A DNA stretch of 36,951 nt. It comes from Octopus sinensis (Eukaryota). Positions 23,880 to 34,316 of this stretch are shown piece by piece. The translations under genes and the position numbers were made by a program. How positions within the stretch are numbered: the first letter of the stretch is position 1; each line of letters starts with the position of its first letter. The stretch is taken from positions 1 to 36,951 of the forward strand of contig NW_021836850.1 in assembly GCF_006345805.1 (NCBI RefSeq). Reading direction: 5' to 3'. Below the pieces are notes generated by a model, which saw only the letters and a program-made list of their open reading frames with translations, was not told the DNA's origin and made no database searches.

Positions 23880-25200
23880 TTATTATATACGATCGTTAAT
23901 AGTTATGATATCTATTTATTTTTAAAAAGGGATTTAACGTTTTACATATAATTTAATTTGAGAATTAGTTTCGTTAGACTGTACATTATTTAATAATTAG
24001 GTAATATTCTTATTAAGTAGTATTACATTTAAGTAAATTAGTTTTTATATTAATTAATATTATGTTAAACTTTATTATCATGTGAAATATTAAATCTATA
24101 GATACTACATATATATTAATAATATAGTTATTTTATATAATGGATTTGGGTCTATTTGAACCATTTCCTTTTTTTTATTATATTATTCATGACTAGTAAC
24201 AACATTGGGTATATTAATAAGAAGCTAAAACCTATTTTTATACATTTAAAATCCAGATAGATTAATTTAATAGATAAACTTCGTAACATTGTTTGTTTAT
24301 CAATTTTATTTGGAACTTGTATTTTATTGAGTTTGATTGTTGTTGTTATTATTATTATTGTCATTGACTGGATTTGTAGTGGACTGTCGGTTGTAGCTGA
24401 ATGTCTTCATAGTGTATTGTTCATTTGTTCTAATATATTTTTGCACATTTCTTTAATTTATGGGGCTTAGATGTGTTTCTTACTTTTCATTAGTAAATAA
24501 TTTTCGCCATTATATCATTTATATATTATTAATTATGATATCTATTTATTATTATTTTTATAAAGGGATCTAATGTATTACATATAATTTAATTTGAGAA
24601 TTAATTTTTGTTAGACAATATATTATTTAATAATTAGGTGGTATATTTATAAGTAGTATTAAATTTAGGTAAATTAGGTTTTATATTAATTGATATTTGG
24701 TCAACTATATTATTGAGTTATATATTAAATCTATAGAAACTACACATATATATTAATTATATAATTATATAGTTAGTTTATTTAATGAGTTTGTCTATAT
24801 TTGAATCATTTCTGATTTTGATTACAATATAAATGGCTGTGCTAGCATTGTGTATATTAGTATTTAGATTTCACTTAATGTATATTAGTATCTTATATAT
24901 ATATATATATTATATATATATATTTTAAAGAATATATTTATATTTTAAAAGATTATTTACGTATTTTTAATAATTAATTATTTTATTATTGTAGTTTATT
25001 TTTTTTAACCTGAGGAGTGGCTATATTTATATCAAAGTGATTTTACTACTACTATTAATTTTTTTACTATAATCATTTCTTAAAAATAGCCACGAAACAC
25101 GTGTCGTTATTCTACCAAATATATACATTTTATTTATTATTTTGCAATTTACCTAATCATCGGTATATTATTGTTATTTTATGTTTAATATTTCTATTAT
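23880..25200. mobile_element. AT-rich, internally duplicated relic carrying a hammerhead motif; possibly Penelope-like (PLE)
   Basis: Seen: diverged direct duplication (about 23903-24219 versus about 24533-24862) and the HHR motif at 25006-25109. Weak minus-strand peptide hints (INLSGF..LL..PN; INIKPNLP) resemble PLE N-terminal segments. PLE identity is inference. Confidence 0.35.
25006..25109 (+). ncRNA. Minimal type I hammerhead ribozyme motif
   Basis: Seen: stem I TAAC(25006-09)/GTTA(25106-09); core CTGAGGA (25010-16); stem II GTGGCTAT(25017-24)/ATAGCCAC(25086-93); GAAA (25094-97); stem III AC-ACGT-GT; cleavage triplet GTC (25103-05). Matches the established CUGANGA...GAAA...NUH consensus. 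Confidence 0.75.
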
Positions 25201-25357
25201 ACGTAATTTTCTAGATGGTGTAATTTAATAGTTCATTTTGAATTGACAAAAGGTGGTTTTTTCTAATTTATATATATATATTATATTTTGTGAAATTTGA
25301 TTTAGTATTTCTGAATTGAATTTTTCCCTGTAAGCTAGAAATAATATTCCTAAAATT

Positions 25358-25393
<36 letters not shown>

Positions 25394-25889
25394 ATATTAT
25401 GTATATTTCAGTGTGTGTATAGAGAGAATATGTGTTGGTGTGTGCGTGTGTGTGTGTGTGTGTGTTGGCGCATTTATGTGTATGAATGTATCCGTGAAAT
25501 GTCTAAACAGAATTTTGAACCTCTTCATCACGTTCGTCATATATTAGAGTAAGATCCTCATGGCTTCATCCGGTTTTCGTCTGTAGAGATTAGAGTATCA
25601 TCACTTACTCTTCTACTGGAGGGAAATTCTCAGGTTCTGCTTGTGTCAGGTGATCTAACTAGGGCCAAGAGTCTTTGCTTGGAGAATTCGTTGACTCTTC
25701 GTTGATGATATATAGAAAAGCGTTAATGTCATTGATTTTCGGAGATTCCTGGCTTCCGAGTAAGTATGCTGATCGATTGTCAGGAGCAACTTGCCGTTCT
25801 TCAGCTCATCTTGTTGACTGTGGCATAGTCCTGGATTTAAGGGCAAGCCGAGGCTTTACAACATCTTTGAAAGTCATGATCTCATTTCA

Positions 25890-26540
25890 CCCTTCCCATC
25901 CCCTCCATGTCGTTATCATCATCATCATCATCGTCATCGTCATCATCATAATCACCAACGTCGTCGTCGTCACCGTCACCGTCATCGTATCCTCTTCTAC
26001 ACTCCTCCTCCTTCTTCTTCTTTTATCCCCTCCTCCTCCACCCCATTTCCCCCACCTCCTCCTCCTGCTTCTTCTTCTCTCCTCTCCTTCTTCCTCCTCC
26101 TTCTCCTCCTCCTTCTCCTCCTCCTTCTTCAATTGTTTTTCGTCTTCTTCTTCTTCTCTTCCTCTCCTTCTTGTTGTGTTGTTCTACTTTTTCCAGTTCT
26201 TGTTCTTCTTCCAAATTCTTCTTCTTCTTCTTCTTCTTCTTCTTCTTCTTCTTCTCTTTCTTCTTCTTCTCCTTCTTCTCCTTCTTGTTGTTGTTGTTCT
26301 ACTTTTTCCAGTTCTTGTTCTTCCAATTCTTTTTCTTCTTTTTTTTCTCTTCTTCTTGTCTTCTCTTCTTCTTCTTCTTCTCTTCTTCTTCTTCTCCTTC
26401 TTCTCTTCTCCTTGTTCTTTGTTGTTGTTCTACTTTTTCCAGTTCTTGTTCTCTCATTCTTTCTTCTTTATCTTTTCTATTCTTCTTTTTCTTTTCTTCT
26501 TCTTCTTCTTCTTGTTTTCTTCTTCCAATTCTTCTTCTAA
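25890..26540. repeat. Compound (CAT)/(CCT)/(CTT)n tract with a 29-bp unit present three times
   Basis: Seen: GTTGTTCTACTTTTTCCAGTTCTTGTTCT exact at 26178, 26293 and 26424. Confidence 0.9.
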
Positions 26541-26993
26541 GCTCCACGCGGCTCCGGCGGGTGGTGGTGGTGAACCCTGCTGTACTCTTTCACCACAAGT
26601 TTCTCTCACTCTTTCTTCCTACTTCTTCCACAAAGCAGAGGAACCATGGTGCAACCCACTGTGGTGTGGTAAACTTTCAGGCCCTAATCTAGATTGCGAA
26701 TCCTCTGTATTCCAGGATGGTTCGGCTCTCCACCCGTTAAAAGCCACCGTTATGGGGATAACAACGTAGCTTTTACGCCCGTGCAACCGCCAGTCTATGG
26801 CGTGTGGTGGGTGGATCTTCAAACTGCCACACGCATTCTTAGTAGCTTAGAATAGGCTCGAATTAGAGCTAATGGCGTGAGTCCTGATTGGAAGAAGAAG
26901 AAGAAGAAGAAGAAGAAGAAGAAGAAGAAGAAGAAGAAGAAGAGAAGAAGAAGAAAAGAAGAAGAAGAAGAAGAAGAAGAAGAAGAAGAAGAA
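26538..26993 (+). mobile_element. About 350-bp probable non-autonomous retroposon or LINE end with (AAG)n tail
   Basis: Seen: GC-balanced unique block ending GAGTCCTGATTG directly into (GAA)n 26891-26993; no recognisable ORF. Identity is inferred. Confidence 0.4.
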
Positions 26994-27042
26994 CACAACA
27001 GGTGATGAAACAAACTTCATTATAGCAATCGATCGTAGAAAT

Positions 27043-27822
27043 GTTAGTTAGTTAGTTAATTTGGCTCAAAAGCAAATAGCAAGGCCATGTAGGGGGACAT
27101 GGAGTTAAGTACAGGGTGGTGTTCATGTAAAGAGTTCAGGACACTTGAGGTCCAGGGAGGCTTTGAACAAAGCGGTCGTCGGCATCTTCACCATCTCGTC
27201 TGGCAGCTTGTTCCACGGATCCGCAACCCGGACGGAGAAAGCTCCTCTCCTTCGATTGAGATGAAATCGTCGCAGGTAGAGCTTTTCGGAATGACCCCGC
27301 AGCCGACGCTCTGGAGCAGGAGTGAAGAACAGCTCTTTCGAGAGGTTACAATTTCCGCTTATAATGTTGTGGGCTAGAATGAGATCACCACGGCGGCGGC
27401 GTTTTTCTAGAGAATAAAGGTCGAGCGTCCTCAGCCTTTCTTCGTAGGACAAATTTTTGAGACCATGAACCATGCGGGTAGCCAGCTTCTGGACTCTTTC
27501 GAGATGCTGTATGTCTTTGAGGAGATAAGGAGAAGAGGCTTGAATCCCATACTCCAATATGGGTCTCACCAGCGTGACATAGAGTGGTAGGAATATGGCT
27601 GCTCTGAGCATTCCGAATGACCGTCGAATCAAGAACAGAATTCCGCGTGCTTTGTTGGCAGCATGGACGCACTGGGCCGAAGGCGAAAAGGAGGAATCCA
27701 CCAAGATACCCAGGTCCTTTACCTGATCGGTCCTCTCCAGCAGCAGATGACCCGGCTCGAAATCAAGTTGAGTTGCAGGAGTAGAGCCAACAGGCAGATG
27801 ACAACACTTTGACACGTCTTCG
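27043..27822 (-). mobile_element. 5'-truncated CR1/L2-group LINE with an uninterrupted C-terminal ORF
   Basis: Seen: ORF 27123-27815 (KDLGILVD, YVTLVRPILEYG, LERVQKLATRMV, SYEERLRTLDLYSLEKRRRRGDLI, LRGH, FSVRVADPWNKLP), about 65-bp 3' UTR and (TAAC)4 tail (plus strand GTTA x4 at 27043-27058). Confidence 0.93.
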
Positions 27823-28169
27823 GGTATGAGTGGGTATGGTGCAGTGGTTGATTAACTGAGAAATACCAGCCGGTCAGCCTAGAAATAATCATAGAAATTT
27901 TGCTATTTCTGTCCCGGGTGTATAATTCGTCTTCATTCATTATAATGATGGACAACTTAAAAAAGTTTTAAAACCATCTTAATTTTAGGAAAGTATATTT
28001 TCGGCTACTTGTTTTTGCGATCGTCACAAAGGCCAACAAGGAAAGGGCAGTTTTTCGCAACGTGAGAAACATGTTCAATGAATTCAAGCAGAAGACTGGT
28101 TAATGTTAGGTTTAGGGTTAAGGTTATCCGAATTGAAATCTCTCACGCGCGCACTCTTTCTTTTTCCAG

Positions 28170-28441
28170 CCTCGGCTTACCAAGCGATTGCTCTACGACA
28201 CTCGAAGAACGAAACAACAGTTCAGGGTGGAATTTTTATAAAGTTGTTCCATCTGGTGAAAATAGCAGACATATGTCCCTCACGATATACATTCTGTACA
28301 GTCTTGAAAAACAGAGACAAAATCAAAGGTAAACAAAGCAAACAAGATGGAGAGGCGATTGCAGATAATGCAGTATTAGATAGAACACTCCAGGAAACAA
28401 AGGTGTTGCTCACATCTGGAATGCTTCCGACCCAGGGCTAA
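28170..28441 (+). pseudogene. Probable Tigger/pogo-type transposase N-terminal HTH relic
   Basis: Seen across frames: TTLEER, FIKLF/SGE/KIADI and RYTFCTVLKNRDKIK, resembling the Tigger/CENP-B HTH pattern (TLEEKxxIIxxxExGxxxxxI...STVxTILKNKDKI) from recall. No TIRs identified. Confidence 0.5.
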
Positions 28442-28634
28442 ACAACAGGAAGAATAACGAAATTCCACTAAAAGTTTATAATTTACCCATAAAATCAATG
28501 TAACATTCTTTCTTCCGTGTATTTTATTACATCATCATATGAAAAACCGCGAATTGCTATTTGGTGGCTTCGTATAATACTCAGTACCTTGTAAAACATT
28601 TATTACCACTCTTTAAAATATTCGTTTCAAATTT

Positions 28635-29055
28635 TGGCACAAGGCCTGCAATTTCGGGGTAAAAGGTGTGTCGATGTAATCGACTTAATTGGTACTTATT
28701 TATCAACCTCAGCGGAATCTGAACTCAGAAAAGGAAGATGGATGAGGTGCCGCTCAGTATTTTTGCCCGGCGTAGTAACGATTCTAATAGAAACTATTAA
28801 AAAGGTAGAAAAATAATAGTTTAAGGTTTTTAGTACAGGGCAAGCAAATTTGGGGGAGGGGATAAATCGATTAGATCGACCCAAGTACGTAACTGGTATT
28901 TATTTTATCGACCCCTAAAGGATGAAAGGCAAAGTGGAAACTGGCAGAATTTGAACGATTATTTTGACGCAAGGCGAGCAAATATGAGGTGGGGAAGTCA
29001 ATTACATCGACCCCACGCATTTAATCGATCACGAAACGATGAAAGGCAAAGTCGA
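28635..29055 (-). mobile_element. Three tandem SINE family 2 fragments (about 28635-28790, 28831-28960, 28972-29055)
   Basis: Seen: recurring GGGG..TCGATT(A/T)(C/G)ATCGAC, ACTGGTA...TTTATCGACC and GATGAAAGGCAAAGT blocks; the first copy reaches CTGAACTCAGAA and a head remnant. Confidence 0.8.
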
Positions 29056-29079
29056 TGACGATGATGAAGGAGCTGCCGC

Positions 29080-29082
29080 TGC

Positions 29083-29113
<31 letters not shown>

Positions 29114-30893
29114 AGTCACCTCAAGCGCCTGAGGATAACTCTCAGAAGCGCTAGAGCCGCGGAAGGGAGATGAATCATCTCATCCATTGTAACCCCTAGT
29201 TGGCGGATATAGCGTTCCACCATCACGGCCGGACATCTCAGCCAGAGATTTTCTACAGATTCCACCTCCTCATTACAGAGTCTGCATTGATCTGTGTCGC
29301 TTAGTCCTGCCATTTTTTGCCACCACCTGAGTGCCGGATGATGAGCACTACGGAAGCGTATCATGTCTGTGAAGTTTGCCTTTGAGGGGGCTGCTTCGGT
29401 TCTTTCATCCGGTTTCTTCGTTAAGACTTCCTTCAGACGGGGGTGTTGAATTGCTACAAGGGCTGCTGTTTGTTGCAATTCTCTAATTGTCGGGTCTGCG
29501 GGGAATGGGTTGTCTAGCGCTTCAACCAATGATTTGCAATCGGAGACTGTTGCTGCGGAGGCCCAGTTGTCATTGGACTGTAGCCATCGGAGGTCTTCGT
29601 TAAATGCTGCTCTCTCGGAGTCGAATGAGCTGCTGTGAGCACCAGTCGGGGCGTGCCACTCGTGGACCACCGCATCGTGTATCAGCACCACCACACCGGT
29701 GCCACCGTTGGTTGTGCCTTCACAAGACGATCCATCAGTGTAACGTCAGGGGACTTGGGTAGGCTGGCAAGTGTTTGTTGAGCTGCCAGCAGTTGTACAT
29801 CGACGGGCATCTGCTTCCTTGTGGGAGTGTAGACGGCAGTATGGGAAGGGGGATTTCCCCATTGCAGAGGTGGACGCCGTGCGTTGGAGAGGGGGGCACC
29901 ATGTTCAGCCGTGCTAAGGTTGGGAGTTGTTGACTTCTCCAGTATGTCCGCTTGAGTCGTTTATGGGTGTAGGTGTTCAGAACTTTATAATGCTCATCAA
30001 CTTGCGGTAGGTTTGCTGATGCATCTGCTTTGAGGAGTGAGAGGGTAGAAAAGCGAGATGCAAGTCTTAGTAATTCGGCTTTTGCATGGACCGCTTCGGT
30101 AGGAGTCGAGCGTATTTGTTTGGTGATCAGTCCCTCGAGTTTGCCGATGTTTGTGGCTGACTACCAGGGTGTCCAGGCTGGCGCTGCATATTCTGCTAGG
30201 CTGCGTTGAATCGCAGTGTAGACCTGACGGAGATCTGCCTTATGTCATCTCCAGGGGGTGCCGGATAGGCACGGAGCAGATTATTTCGCCCCTGTATCGT
30301 ACGACAGATGTTACTGACATGCTCGCCGAAGGTGAGTTGTCGGTCGTAGGTGACTCCAAGGAATTCAGGATTGGGATTGTGGGCTAGGAGTGCTCCGTTG
30401 ATATTGATTCCGCGCTGTCTATGCTGAAGAAGCTGGTCTCGCACTTAGAAGTATTAACGTTAATCTTGCATTTTAACTCTACAAGGCCACCTTGTCTACT
30501 TCTTTCTGTAGAGCAACCGCGACGTCTTCTTTCTTCTTGCCCCTGCATGCAATCCCCAAGTCATCAGCATGGGCACTGATGTGAGTATTTTGATGGAATT
30601 GGTCGAAGAGACTATTGATGTAGATGGTAAAAAGTATGGGGGTGAGGACTACACCTTGGACTTCTGTCGGTTGTGGTATTGATGCGATCTCTGGCTGTAC
30701 AGTTAGTAAACCAAGTCGAGAGCCAGTCGATGAAACGTAGGGGAACGCCTAACCTCAGCATATTCTGCAGTAGTCCGGTTCTCCAGACACGATCAAACAC
30801 CTTGCTGAAATCGAAGAATGTAGCGGTGGTGCGAAGGCGCTGCAACGATTGGAACCCATCTGCGTTGAATTGAGACAATCGAAGGCACTGATC
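29080..30893 (-). mobile_element. I-group LINE (RT + RNase H + CCHC finger), 3' segment
   Basis: Seen on the minus strand: DQCLRLSQ, FFDFSKVFDRVW, GVVLTPILFTIYIN, SAHADDL, NPEFLGVTYDRQLTFGEH, RNase H YTDGS (about 29728-29742) and VSDCKSLVEAL, CRLCNEEVESVENLWLRCP, stop at 29116-29118, then a (CCA)n(CAA)n tail. Confidence 0.9.
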
Positions 30894-31452
30894 TCTCCTT
30901 GACGTACAACGGTGACGTCTACGCCAGTGACCGAGAGAAGACTTCGGCTTTCGTGCAAGAGTCGCCATCAGCGGAAAGAAGAGTTCTAAACCAACCAGAA
31001 AGATTGCTCGAGAGCTTAAGCAAGAAATGAAAGGCCTACGGCTCGGCCGCCCGCGACAACAGATTGAAGAAGCCTTTACCCTCGGTGAATTGATAGCTGC
31101 CCTGAAAAAAATCAAGACGCATAAAGCAGCTGGTCCAGACGAGAACGCACCCAACCTACTAAAACACATGACCATATCGGCAAAAATCAAACTACTCACC
31201 ATTCTCAACAGTAGTTGGATGGAGAGATGCCGCTCTCAGTTGTGGCGAACAGCAACCGTCATTTCCTTCCTCAAAAAAGGGAAAGATCCGGCAGATGTAG
31301 GGAGTTATCGACCAATCGCCTTAACCTCAACTATGGGGAAACTTCTTGAAAGAATGATCGCTAACCAGCTTACCTGGTGGCTTGAAGAAAACTCAACCGT
31401 CAGTCCCTGGCAGGCAAGCATCCGGAAAGGTCACAGTTCAACCGATCAGTGC
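30894..31452 (+). mobile_element. Inverted 5' segment of the same I-group LINE
   Basis: Seen: LTYNGDVYASDREKTSAFVQE...FTLGELIAALKKIK..KAAGPD..SYRPIALTSTMGKLLERMI..WQASIRKGHSSTDQC, ending at the same DQC codons where the minus-strand segment begins. Confidence 0.9.
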
Positions 31453-31467
31453 TGTTGATGTTGATTG

Positions 31468-31510
31468 TGACGACGACGACGATGATGACGAAGAAGACGA
31501 CGACGACGAC

Positions 31511-31542
<32 letters not shown>

Positions 31543-31609
31543 CGACGACGACGTGGAGACGACGATGACGTTGACGATAATGACGATGATGACGATGACG
31601 ACGACGATA

Positions 31610-31649
<40 letters not shown>

Positions 31650-31713
31650 CGACGACGTGGAGACGACGATGACGTTGACGATAATGACGATGATGACGAT
31701 GACGACGACGATA

Positions 31714-31750
<37 letters not shown>

Positions 31751-31820
31751 CGACGACGACGTGGAGACGACGATGACGTTGACGATAATGACGATGATGA
31801 CGATGACGACGACGATAACG

Positions 31821-31863
<43 letters not shown>

Positions 31864-31933
31864 CGACGACGACGTGGAGACGACGATGACGTTGACGATA
31901 ATGACGATGATGACGATGACGACGACGATAACG

Positions 31934-31970
<37 letters not shown>

Positions 31971-32037
31971 CGACGACGACGTGGAGACGACGATGACGTT
32001 GACGATAATGACGATGATGACGATGACGACGACGATA

Positions 32038-32074
<37 letters not shown>

Positions 32075-32144
32075 CGACGACGACGTGGAGATGACGATGA
32101 CGTTGACGATAATGACGATGATGACGATGACGACGACGATAACG

Positions 32145-32184
<40 letters not shown>

Positions 32185-32251
32185 CGACGACGACGTGGAG
32201 ACGACGATGACGTTGACGATAATGACGATGATGACGAAGACGACGACGATA

Positions 32252-32285
<34 letters not shown>

Positions 32286-32527
32286 CGACGACGACGTGGA
32301 GACGACGATGACGTTGACGATAATGACGATGATGACGATGACGACGACGATAACGAGGATGATGATGATGATGATGATGACGACGACGTGGAGACGACGA
32401 TGACGTTGACGATAATGACGATGATGACGATGACGACGACGATAATGATGATGATGATGACGACGACGACGTAGAGACGACGATGACGTTGACGATAATG
32501 ACTATGATGACGATGACGACGACGATA

Positions 32528-32564
<37 letters not shown>

Positions 32565-32723
32565 CGACGACGACGTGGAGACGACGATGACGTTGACGAT
32601 AATGACGATGATGACGATGACGACGACGATAACGAGGATGATGATGATGATGATGATGACGACGACGTGGAGACGACGATGACGTTGACGATAACGACGA
32701 TGATGACGATGACGACGACGATA

Positions 32724-32757
<34 letters not shown>

Positions 32758-32928
32758 CGACGACGACGTGGAGACGACGATGACGTTGACGATAATGACT
32801 ATGATGACGATGACGACGACGATAATGATGATGATGGTGATGATGATGATGATGATGATGACGACGACGACGTGGAGACGACGATGACGTTGACGATAAT
32901 GACGATGATGACGATGACGACGACGATA

Positions 32929-32968
<40 letters not shown>

Positions 32969-33038
32969 CGACGACGACGTGGAGACGACGATGACGTTGA
33001 CGATAATGACGATGATGACGATGACGACGACGATAACG

Positions 33039-33081
<43 letters not shown>

Positions 33082-33169
33082 CGACGTGGAGACGACGATG
33101 ACGTTGACGATAATGACTATGATGACGATGACGACGACGATAATGATGATGATGGTGATGATGATGATA
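31468..33169. repeat. Higher-order minisatellite, 16 units of 83-113 bp built from GAT/GAC triplets
   Basis: Seen: anchor GTGGAGACGACGATGACGTTGACGATAA (or a variant) at 31553, 31657, 31761, 31874, 31981, 32085, 32195, 32296, 32388, 32471, 32575, 32667, 32768, 32872, 32979 and 33086. Confidence 0.95.
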
Positions 33170-34136
33170 TAAGTTCAAACAAAACCTGAAAATAGCAAGA
33201 TATTTTCCAACATGGAAATTCCTCCCGATACTTGTTATTTAATATTTATCAATCGTTGTCAAGTAATTTATTGCGTTAGTTACTAGAAACAATTTTGTGC
33301 GGATGTGAGGTATATGAGTGTGCGTGTGTGTGTGCGTGTTTGTGTCTTTGTGTGCGTGCGTCTTTTAACCATGACTTCAAATTGTGATTTAAAGCATATT
33401 TGTCATCGTAACTATCAGTGAACAAGCCCTAAATCTCTATCGTACGTTAAGTGCATCATAACTCATCTCTTTACAATGATTTATCTTTTGTTTACCTCTT
33501 CTATTTCTTTCCCTAAAGTGAGCAAAAACAGAAAACAAAAATCCTTTAAGTATCTTGTCTGTGTAATTTTAAAGGAGATCGTCTATATGCAATATAAGTA
33601 TGCTTGTGAGTTCCAACCACAATGGCCGTGCGTAGGATAACAAATATAAAAGAACAGAACCATGTACTTGCATATTGCCGTCAGATATAAAGAGACGCAA
33701 CTTTTTTTTACTTTTTGTCTGCTTGCACATTTATATACACTTACAAATTGTACGAATAAAACGGCGTACGCGTATGAAGTATAACATGTAAATACTTTCG
33801 TACGAACATGCAGACAACTTTTATCTGCCTATGCGTGCTTGTGTGTATAAGCGTTTGTGTGTATTTACACACATTAGAATATATATGTCACTGTTAGCAT
33901 ACATGTGTGTGTGCGTGTGTGTGTGTATCTAAGCATGTGTAGATATGTGTGAGTGAATGTGTGTTTGTTTCCGCCTGTCCCTGTCTGTCTACAAATAGAG
34001 GTGATAGATTTTATAAAGTACCAATTATAGTGATATGATAGTACTTCATATTAAGTTAGCGTACGATCTAAACTTATGCATATGTGGGGCTGTATGCTGT
34101 GCATGTATAATACACCAAACTCTACCCAATGTATAT

Positions 34137-34180
<44 letters not shown>

Positions 34181-34280
34181 ATATATATATATATATATTA
34201 TATTATATATGTACGTGCATATATGTATAAGAGATATAATGTATGCATATATCTATGTTTATATTTATGAATATCGATAC

Positions 34281-34316
<36 letters not shown>

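Noticed and set aside
28098-28126. Interstitial telomeric repeat
   Set aside because: Only one perfect TTAGGG; degenerate runs like this are common inside transposon-derived repeats.
31468-33169. CRISPR-like array (constant core with variable spacers)
   Set aside because: The spacers are just (GAT)n of varying length, the context is eukaryotic, and there are no cas genes.
31400-33178. 592-aa minus-strand ORF as a real protein
   Set aside because: The repeat has almost no minus-strand stop triplets and the frame rotates each unit, so a long ORF is expected by construction.
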